Shown here one piece after another: positions 24,238 to 31,171 of a DNA stretch of 32,000 nucleotides (positions within the stretch are counted from its first letter, which is position 1; each line of letters starts with the position of its first letter). Location: positions 1 to 32,000 of the forward strand of contig NZ_BCZP01000014.1 in NCBI RefSeq assembly GCF_001598795.1, given 5' to 3'. The translations under genes and the position numbers were made by a program. The notes below the pieces were generated by a model, which saw only the letters and a program-made list of their open reading frames with translations, did not search any database and was not told the origin of the DNA. The stretch is from Delftia acidovorans NBRC 14950. GTDB lineage: Bacteria; Pseudomonadota; Gammaproteobacteria; Burkholderiales; Burkholderiaceae_C.

Positions 24238-24975
24238 ATGCGCTCCAAGCCTGCTCCCGTGGCCGACCCTTCGGCGCTGATCCGCCGCGCCCTGGGCCTG
24301 TGCCGCATGCTGCGCAACTGGCCGCCCGAGGTGCTGGATGAGCTGACGGCGCTGTCCCGCCTGGGCCGCTACGAGCGCCACCAGCAGGTGCGCGCCGCCG
24401 ACCCCAAGCGGCGCGAGGTGCTGGTGGTGGCTTCGGGCTGCGTGGAAGTGGGCGGCGTGGACGCCACGGGCTCGCGCTTCGTGCTGTCCATGCACAGCGC
24501 GGGCGACATCGTCGGCCTGGCGCGGCTGCTGGAGCACACGCAATTCGTCTACGACTACCACGCGCACCAGCCCACGGTGCTGGTGGAGATTCCCGGCGAG
24601 TCCTTCCTGGCCCTGCTCGATGCCCATCCGCCGCTGTGGAAGGACATCTGCCTGCTGGTGCTGGCACGCATGCACGAGCTGATCGTCGTCCAGCAGCGCC
24701 ACGCCTTCAGCAACATCGACAACCGCGTGGCCGAACTGCTGGCGCGGCTGGCCCCCACGCATGGCCAGCCCGCGCCCGACGGGCAGGGCGTGGTGCTGCG
24801 CATCTCGCAGAGCGACCTGGCCGCCATGCTGTCGGTCTCGCGCCAGACCATCAACAAGGAGCTGCGCCTGCTGGAGCAGCGGGGCCTGCTGCAGGCCGCC
24901 TATGGCCGGCTGACCATCGTCGACCTGGCGGGCCTGCTGCGCCTGTCCGATGCGGGCGCGCGGCCGGGGCCCTAG
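24238..24975 (+). CDS. Crp/Fnr-family transcriptional regulator
   Basis: This is the last 245 codons of the 1386-aa track ORF; only this part looks like real protein. It has a beta-roll effector domain (VLVVASGCVEVGG..GSRFVLSMHSAGDIVGL) and a C-terminal HTH (ISQSDLAAMLSVSRQTINKELRLLEQRGLL). No FNR Cys cluster and no obvious cAMP phosphate-binding R-[ST]-A. Alternative start at 24193. Confidence 0.85.
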   Translation: MRSKPAPVADPSALIRRALGLCRMLRNWPPEVLDELTALSRLGRYERHQQVRAADPKRREVLVVASGCVEVGGVDATGSRFVLSMHSAGDIVGLARLLEHTQFVYDYHAHQPTVLVEIPGESFLALLDAHPPLWKDICLLVLARMHELIVVQQRHAFSNIDNRVAELLARLAPTHGQPAPDGQGVVLRISQSDLAAMLSVSRQTINKELRLLEQRGLLQAAYGRLTIVDLAGLLRLSDAGARPGP

Positions 24976-24991
24976 CCCCGGTCCGCGGGAA

Positions 24992-25921
24992 TCAGTCCTC
25001 GTCCAGAGGCGAGGCATCCTCGCCGAACAGGGCCTGGCCGTCGGCGCGCAGCAGCTCCAGCATGTGCCGGGCTGCGGGCGACAGATAGCCGTCGCGCCGG
25101 CAGGTCACGCCCAGGTGGCGGCGCAGCGTGGTGGCCGGCAGGCGCACTTCCCTGAGCGTGCGGCTGCGCTCCAGCCGCAGCGTGTGGCGCGAGACGAAGG
25201 TCAGCAGATCGGTCTTGGCCACCATGCGCGGCAGCAGCGGGATGGAGCCCGCCTCCACCTGCACCGTGGGCGCCGGCATGCCGCGCGAGGTGAAGGCCTG
25301 GTCCAGCCATTGCCGGCTGGGAATGTTGGCGCTGGGCAGGGCCCAGGGATGGCGCAGCAGCGCGGCCATGGTGATGCGCTGGCGCTCGAAGACGGGATGG
25401 TCCTGGCGCGCCGCGACCACCACCACATCCTCGGCAATCGGGTGGGAGACCAGCTCCGGATCGCCCTCGGCCGTGAGGCCGATCAGCAGGTCCAGTTGGC
25501 CCTCGCGCAGGCGGTCGCGCAGTTCCCAGCTGGGGCCGATCACGATGCTGATGGTGATGCGCCGCCCGTCGGCCAGGGCTTTGCTGCACAGCTCGGGCAG
25601 CAGGTGGTCGGCGGCCACCGGCCCGCTGCCGATGCGCACATGGCCGGCATGGCCTTCGTTGAAGTCGCGCACCTCGCGCAGCGCCTCCTGGCTGGCATTG
25701 CGTAGCATGCGTGCGCGCGCCAGCAGCACATCGCCCAGCGGCGTGAGGCGTATGCCGCGCCCGGCACGCTCGAACAGCGCGCCGCCCACGGTCAGTTCCA
25801 GGCGCTGTATGCATTTGCTCAGCGCGGGCTGGGTGCGCCCCAGCTGTTCTGCGGCCCGGCCCAGGTGCCCGAGGTCGGCCACGATCTCGAAGAAGCGCAG
25901 GTCGCGCAGGTGCAGGTCCAT
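24992..25921 (-). CDS. LysR-family transcriptional regulator
   Basis: 309 aa. MDLHLRDLRFFEIVADLGHLGRAAEQLGRTQPALSKCIQRLE HTH plus a LysR substrate-binding domain. Divergent from the dehydrogenase/aldolase operon. Confidence 0.9.
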   Translation of the reverse strand: MDLHLRDLRFFEIVADLGHLGRAAEQLGRTQPALSKCIQRLELTVGGALFERAGRGIRLTPLGDVLLARARMLRNASQEALREVRDFNEGHAGHVRIGSGPVAADHLLPELCSKALADGRRITISIVIGPSWELRDRLREGQLDLLIGLTAEGDPELVSHPIAEDVVVVAARQDHPVFERQRITMAALLRHPWALPSANIPSRQWLDQAFTSRGMPAPTVQVEAGSIPLLPRMVAKTDLLTFVSRHTLRLERSRTLREVRLPATTLRRHLGVTCRRDGYLSPAARHMLELLRADGQALFGEDASPLDED

Positions 25922-25941
25922 CGATGAATAAAAGTGATGTT

Positions 25942-25954
25942 TGAATGAACATTA
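25942..25954. promoter_or_regulatory. Candidate LysR T-N11-A box (TGAATGAACATTA)
   Basis: T-N11-A spacing with an internal dyad AATG-AA-CATT, inside an AT-rich spacer. GAATG pentamers recur at 25943, 25957, 25966 and 25985. Located 21 bp from the LysR start codon. Confidence 0.35.
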
Positions 25955-26021
25955 TCGAATGGACGGAATGGATGGCGCTCACAAGAATGCGGTGCATCGA
26001 CAAAGCGAATTGCCCGTTTCC

Positions 26022-27023
26022 ATGACCGCCACTACCCACCCGCCCACCGTTTTCGTGACCGCGCCACGCCTGGCGCCCGCCGGGCTGCAGCGACTGCAGG
26101 CGGCGCACTGCCGCGTGCTGTACCTGCAAGACGGCGGCGGCGAGGCCGAGGTTGCCGCCGTGCTGGCACGCGAGAGCGTCGATGCCGTGATCTCGCGCAC
26201 GGCCACGCTGTCGGCCGCTGCCATCGCGGCCTGTCCCACGCTCAAGGTCATCTCCAAGCACGGCGTGGGCGTGAGCAATATCGATGTGGCCGCGGCCAGC
26301 CAGCGGGGCATTCCGGTCTATGTGACGCCGGGCGCCAATGCCCAGTCCGTGGCCGAGATGACGCTGGGCCTGATGTTCGCGGCCGCCCGCCGCATCGCCT
26401 GGATGGATGCCGAGCTGCGCGCCGGCCGCTGGTCCCGCGCCCAGGACGGCCTGGAGCTGAGCGGCCGCACCCTGGGCCTGCTGGGCTTTGGCCAGGTGGG
26501 CCAGCGCGTGGCGCGCGTGGCGCTGGCGCTGGGCATGCAGGTGGTGGCCTTCGATCCTGCGTTCGATCCGGCCTGCGCCCCAGGGCCCGGCACCGTGGCC
26601 GGCGTGCGCATGCTGGGCTCGGTGGACGAGCTGCTGCCCCTGTCCGATGTGCTCAGCCTGCACGTGCCCCTGAATGCCCGCACGCGCCATCTGCTGGATG
26701 CCGGCCGCATCGCCCAGCTGCCGCGCGGCGCCCTGCTGGTCAACACCGCGCGGGGCGAGGTGGTGGACGAGGCGGCGCTGATCGACGCCCTGCGCAGCGG
26801 CCACCTGGCCGCCGCCGGCCTGGACACCATGGCCGAGGAGCCTCTGCCTGCGGGCCACGCCCTGGCCGCGCTGGACAACGTGGTGCTGACGCCCCATGTG
26901 GGCGGCTCCACGCCCGCCGCGCTGGCGGCCATGGCCGACATGGCCGCCGCCAATGTGCTGGGCTGGCTGCAGGGCAGCCCGGCCGACCCTTCCCACTGCG
27001 TGAACCCCGAGGTTCTGCGCTGA
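26022..27023 (+). CDS. D-isomer-specific 2-hydroxyacid dehydrogenase family protein (NAD-binding, phosphoglycerate dehydrogenase-like)
   Basis: Start at the internal ATG 26022 (MTATTHPP...). Rossmann motif GLLGFGQVGQRVA. Catalytic-triad context LVNTARGEVVDE and LTPHVGGST. Confidence 0.88.
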   Translation: MTATTHPPTVFVTAPRLAPAGLQRLQAAHCRVLYLQDGGGEAEVAAVLARESVDAVISRTATLSAAAIAACPTLKVISKHGVGVSNIDVAAASQRGIPVYVTPGANAQSVAEMTLGLMFAAARRIAWMDAELRAGRWSRAQDGLELSGRTLGLLGFGQVGQRVARVALALGMQVVAFDPAFDPACAPGPGTVAGVRMLGSVDELLPLSDVLSLHVPLNARTRHLLDAGRIAQLPRGALLVNTARGEVVDEAALIDALRSGHLAAAGLDTMAEEPLPAGHALAALDNVVLTPHVGGSTPAALAAMADMAAANVLGWLQGSPADPSHCVNPEVLR

Positions 27024-27046
27024 GCTGTTTTTCCCGGAGATTTGCC

Positions 27047-27742
27047 ATGACCACCCCATCCAGCCAATGGCCTGCGGGCTACCGCATCCATCCGCGCGCC
27101 GCAGGCCCCGAGGCCGGCGTCGTCCAGGCCTTCAAGGCCATTCCCGTGGCCGCCATCGGCGACGCCATGAGCCGCAATGTCGGCGCCATCGGCCTGCGCC
27201 AGTACCACGCGCGGCTGGAGGCCGTTCTCTGCGGCCCCGCCGTCACCGTGCGCGTGCGGCCCGGCGACAACCTCATGATCCACAAGGCGCTGATGATGGT
27301 GCAGCCCGGCGATGTGCTGGTCATCGACGGCGGCGGCGATGTCTCGCAGGCCCTGGTTGGCGGCCTGATGCGCACCACCTGCCTGGCGCGCGGCCTGGGC
27401 GGCCTGGTCATCGACGGCGCCATCCGCGACCTGTGCGAATGGGCGCAGGACGGCATGCCCATCTTTGCGCGCGGCCACACGCACCGCGGGCCCAGCAAGG
27501 ACGGCCCGGGCGAGATCAATGTGCCCGTGGCCTGCGCCGGCCTGGCCGTGCTGCCCGGCGACCTGATCGTGGGCGATGCCGACGGCGTGATCGCCGTGCC
27601 CGCGGCCGAGGCCGCCGAGGTGCTGCGCCGCAGCCAGGCCCACCTGGCCCGCGAGGCCGTCATCCGCGAGACCAACCGCAGCGGCACGGCCGACCCCGAG
27701 CGCTTCGACGCCGTGCTGCGCGCCAAGGGCCTGCCGGTCTAG
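27047..27742 (+). CDS. RraA-family protein (class II aldolase / oxaloacetate decarboxylase-like, HMG/CHA aldolase family)
   Basis: 231 aa. Family motifs GDNLMIHKAL, PGDVLVIDGGGDVSQALVGGLM, LVIDGAIRD, PGDLIVGDADGVIAVP. GGAGA RBS at 27036-27040. Confidence 0.85.
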   Translation: MTTPSSQWPAGYRIHPRAAGPEAGVVQAFKAIPVAAIGDAMSRNVGAIGLRQYHARLEAVLCGPAVTVRVRPGDNLMIHKALMMVQPGDVLVIDGGGDVSQALVGGLMRTTCLARGLGGLVIDGAIRDLCEWAQDGMPIFARGHTHRGPSKDGPGEINVPVACAGLAVLPGDLIVGDADGVIAVPAAEAAEVLRRSQAHLAREAVIRETNRSGTADPERFDAVLRAKGLPV

Positions 27743-27803
27743 CGTCTAGCGCGCAGGCCGCGCCCGACTTTTTCCCGCCATAACGATCCCAAGGAGACAA
27801 ACA

Positions 27804-28787
27804 ATGACAATGCGCAGACGGCATCTTCTGGGCGGCGCTGCCGCCGCCCTGGCCACGGCCTTCCCTGCACTGGCGCTGGCCCAGGGCGAATGGCCGCAGC
27901 GGCCCGTGCGCCTGGTCGTACCGTTTCCGCCCGGCGGCGGCACGGATGCCACCTCGCGCCTGGTGGCCGACCGGCTCAACCTCGCCATGGGCTGGACCAT
28001 GGTCATAGACAACAAGCCCGGCGCGGGCGGCAACATCGGCCTGGATGCCGTGGCCAAGGCCGCGCCGGACGGCTACACCATCGGCATGGGGCAGGCCGCC
28101 AACCTGGCCATCAATCCCAGCCTCTACGCCAATATACCCTTCGATGCGCTCAAGGACTTCACGCCCATCGCCAGCGTGGCCCTGCAGCCCGTGGTGCTGA
28201 CCGTGCGGCGCGACTCGCCCTTCAAGAACCTGCAGGACTTCATCAAGGCGGCCAAGGCCAGGCCCGGCACCTACGGCATCGCCCAGGCCGGCAATGGCAC
28301 GGTAGGCCACCTGGCCGGGGAAATGCTGGCCCGCCGCGCGGGCATCGAGGTGCTGCAGGTGCCCTACAAGGGCGCCAATACCGCGCTCACCGACCTGATG
28401 GGCGGGCAGGTGGACCTGTACTTCGGCAACACGGTGTCGGTGATGTCGCAGCTGGCCACGGGCAAGATCCGTGCGCTGGCCGTCACCTCCGCCCAGCGCG
28501 TGCCGTCCCTGCCCGATGTGCCCACGGTGGCCGAGCAGGGCTATCCGGGCTTCGAGGCCTCCACCTGGCTGGGCCTGGTGGGGCCGGCCAACCTGCCCGC
28601 CCCCATCGCCGAGCGCATTGCCGACGCGACCATGAAGCTGCTGGCCACCAAGGAGGTCAAAGAGAAGCTGGCCCAGGAAGGCAGCATGGCCACGCCCGCC
28701 AATGGCGCGCAGTTCGGCGAGTGGATTCGCAGCGAGCACGCCAAATGGGGCAAGCTGATCCGCGAGGGCAAGTTCCAGATCAACTGA
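27804..28787 (+). CDS. Bug-family (TctC-like) substrate-binding protein
   Basis: 327 aa. Tat-like signal MTMRRRHLLGGAAAALATAFPALALA. WPQRPVRLVVPFPPGGGTD, DNKPGAGGN, PDGYTI, PYKGA, LPDVPT. AAGGAG RBS at 27791-27796. Confidence 0.92.
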   Translation: MTMRRRHLLGGAAAALATAFPALALAQGEWPQRPVRLVVPFPPGGGTDATSRLVADRLNLAMGWTMVIDNKPGAGGNIGLDAVAKAAPDGYTIGMGQAANLAINPSLYANIPFDALKDFTPIASVALQPVVLTVRRDSPFKNLQDFIKAAKARPGTYGIAQAGNGTVGHLAGEMLARRAGIEVLQVPYKGANTALTDLMGGQVDLYFGNTVSVMSQLATGKIRALAVTSAQRVPSLPDVPTVAEQGYPGFEASTWLGLVGPANLPAPIAERIADATMKLLATKEVKEKLAQEGSMATPANGAQFGEWIRSEHAKWGKLIREGKFQIN

Positions 28788-28789
28788 CC

Positions 28790-30025
28790 ATGGCAGCCCC
28801 AATCGAGGTCGACCGGCTCGACACCCCCAGTTCCTCCGCACCCGCAGGTGCGGGCCAGGACTCCTCCACGCCGCACAGGCTCAGGCGCATCCTGTCGCTC
28901 GATGATTTCGAGCGGGCGGCGCGCCACCACCTGCCTGCGCCGATCTTCGCCTACGTCAGCGGCGGCTGCGAGACCGACAAATCCCTGCGCGCCAACCGCG
29001 AGGCCTTCGATGCCCACCGCTGGGTGACGCGCGTGCTCACCGACACTTCGCGGCGCACGCTGGCCACACCGCTGCTGGGCCAGACCTGGGCTGCGCCCTT
29101 CGGCATCGCGCCCATGGGCATCAGCGCGCTGTCGGCCTACCGGGGCGACCTGGTGCAGACGCGCGCGGCGGCGGCCGCCCGCATCCCGGCCATCCTGAGC
29201 GGCACCTCGCTGATCCGCATGGAGGAGGTGGTCCAGGCCAATCCCCAGGCCTGGTTCCAGGCCTATGTGCCCGGCGAGACCGAACGCATCGTGCAGTTGC
29301 TGGGGCGCGTGGAGGCCGCAGGCTTCGCCACCCTGGTCGTCACCGTGGACACGCCCGTGTCGGGCAACCGCGAGAACAACATCCGCGCGGGCTTCTCGAC
29401 GCCGCTGCGGCCCGGCCTGCGCCTGGCGTGGGAGGGCATCACCCATCCGCGCTGGCTGCTGGGCACGGCGCTGCGCACCCTGGTGCGGCATGGCATGCTG
29501 CACTTCGAGAACTCGCAGGCCACGCGCGGCGCGCCCATTCTCTCGTCCACCGTCACGCGCGACTTCGGCGCGCGCGACCACCTGAGCTGGGAACACCTGG
29601 CCCTGATACGCCGGCGCTGGAAGGGCCGCCTCGTGGTCAAGGGCATCCTCAGCCCGCAGGACGCGCTGGCCGCGCGCGATGCCGGGGCCGACGCCATCAT
29701 CCTTTCCAACCACGGCGGCCGCCAGCTCGATGGCGCGGTCGCGCCCCTGCACATGCTGCCCCTGGTGGTGGAGGCGCTGGGCCCGGACTACCCGGTGATG
29801 ATCGACAGCGGCTTTCGCAGGGGCAACGACGTGCTGGTGGCGCTGGCCCTGGGCGCGCACTTCGTCTTCGTGGGCCGGCCCTTCAACTATGCGGGCGCCG
29901 TGGGAGGCGAGGCCGGCGTGCTGCACGCCATCGCCATCCTGGCGGCCGAGATGCGGCGCAACATGGCCCTGATCGGCGTGCAAAACCTGCAGGAGCTGGG
30001 GCCGCAGCACCTGCGACCGCGTTAG
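28790..30025 (+). CDS. FMN-dependent alpha-hydroxy acid dehydrogenase/oxidase (L-lactate / mandelate dehydrogenase family)
   Basis: Start at ATG 28790, 3 nt after the Bug stop; the first 300 codons of track ORF 27890..30025 are an out-of-frame shadow over the Bug gene. Motifs FAYVSGG, FGIAPMG, VVTVDTPV.GNRE, VVKGI, ILSNHGGRQLD, DSGFRRG.DV. Confidence 0.88.
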   Translation: MAAPIEVDRLDTPSSSAPAGAGQDSSTPHRLRRILSLDDFERAARHHLPAPIFAYVSGGCETDKSLRANREAFDAHRWVTRVLTDTSRRTLATPLLGQTWAAPFGIAPMGISALSAYRGDLVQTRAAAAARIPAILSGTSLIRMEEVVQANPQAWFQAYVPGETERIVQLLGRVEAAGFATLVVTVDTPVSGNRENNIRAGFSTPLRPGLRLAWEGITHPRWLLGTALRTLVRHGMLHFENSQATRGAPILSSTVTRDFGARDHLSWEHLALIRRRWKGRLVVKGILSPQDALAARDAGADAIILSNHGGRQLDGAVAPLHMLPLVVEALGPDYPVMIDSGFRRGNDVLVALALGAHFVFVGRPFNYAGAVGGEAGVLHAIAILAAEMRRNMALIGVQNLQELGPQHLRPR

Positions 30026-30097
30026 CCACGCGCCAGTCCCGAGGGTGGCGTGCCCCGCAATTGGCCCGCGGTTTCGCGGCGATGGGAAAATGGCGGA

Positions 30098-31138
30098 ATG
30101 ACCGCCTCCACCAACACCCTCACGATCACCCGTCCCGATGACTGGCACCTGCACGTGCGCGATGGCGAAGCCATGCGCAGCGTGGTGCCGCATACGGCCG
30201 CGCAGTTTGCGCGCGCCATCATCATGCCCAACCTCAAGCCGCCGGTGACCACCGCCGAGCAGGCGCTGGAGTACAAGCAGCGCATCCTCTCGGCCGTGTC
30301 CGAGGGCATGGCCTTCGAGCCGCTGATGACGCTGTACCTCACCGACAACCTGCCGCCCGAGGAAATCGTGCGCGCCAAGGCGGCCGGCGTCGTGGCCTGC
30401 AAGCTCTACCCGGCAGGCGCCACCACCAACAGCGACCACGGCGTCACCGACCTGCGCAAGATCTACCCCACGCTGGAAGCCATGCAGCGCGAAGGCCTGC
30501 TGCTGCTGGTGCACGGCGAAGTCACCAGCAGCGACATCGACCTGTTCGACCGCGAGGCCGCCTTCATCGACCAGCACCTGATCCCGCTGCGCCGCGACTT
30601 CCCCGAACTCAAGATCGTCTTCGAGCACATCACCACGCGCGAAGCCGCCCAGTACGTGACCGAGGCCGACCGCTTCGTGGGCGCCACCATCACACCCCAG
30701 CATCTGCTGTTCAACCGCAACGCCATCTTCACGGGCGGCATCCGTCCCCACTACTACTGCCTGCCCGTGCTCAAGCGCGAGACGCACCGCCTGGCCTTGG
30801 TGGAGGCGGCCACCAGTGGCCTGCCCAAGTTCTTCCTGGGCACCGACAGCGCGCCGCACGCGGCCCATCTCAAGGAACACGCCACGGGCTGCGCGGGCTG
30901 CTACAGCGCCCATGCCGCCATCGAGATGTATGCCGAGGCCTTCGACAATGCCGGCGCGCTGGACAAGCTCGAAGCCTTCGCCAGCTTCAACGGCCCGGAC
31001 TTCTACAGCCTGCCGCGCAACACCGGCAAGATCACCCTGGTGCGCGAAAGCTGGACGCCGCCGGACAGCTTCGCCTTCGGCGAGGCGCAACTGAAGCCCC
31101 TGCGCTCCGGCGAAGCCCTGCCCTGGAAGCTGGTTTAA
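30098..31138 (+). CDS. pyrC: Dihydroorotase, homodimeric type (class II)
   Basis: Start at the internal ATG 30098 ([23 protein letters not shown]). Metal ligands HLH, carbamylated-Lys context [28 protein letters not shown]. Length of 346 aa is typical. Confidence 0.93.
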   Translation: MTASTNTLTITRPDDWHLHVRDGEAMRSVVPHTAAQFARAIIMPNLKPPVTTAEQALEYKQRILSAVSEGMAFEPLMTLYLTDNLPPEEIVRAKAAGVVACKLYPAGATTNSDHGVTDLRKIYPTLEAMQREGLLLLVHGEVTSSDIDLFDREAAFIDQHLIPLRRDFPELKIVFEHITTREAAQYVTEADRFVGATITPQHLLFNRNAIFTGGIRPHYYCLPVLKRETHRLALVEAATSGLPKFFLGTDSAPHAAHLKEHATGCAGCYSAHAAIEMYAEAFDNAGALDKLEAFASFNGPDFYSLPRNTGKITLVRESWTPPDSFAFGEAQLKPLRSGEALPWKLV

Positions 31139-31139
31139 G

Positions 31140-31162
31140 CTGGCGGGACTGCCACCCGCCAG
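31140..31162 (+). other. 8-bp GC-rich stem-loop between pyrC and the NYN gene
   Basis: CTGGCGGG (31140-31147) / CCCGCCAG (31155-31162) with a 7-nt loop. No T-run. The 3' arm abuts the AGAGGA RBS of the next gene. Confidence 0.45.
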
Positions 31163-31171
31163 AGGATTGCC

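Noticed and set aside
27890-28789. The 5' 300 codons of track ORF 27890..30025, which would make a 711-aa fusion protein.
   Set aside because: This part overlaps the Bug gene 27804..28787 in another frame and translates to Arg/Gly/Pro-rich low-complexity sequence. The FMN-dehydrogenase homology begins just after the in-frame ATG at 28790, which lies 3 nt past the Bug stop.
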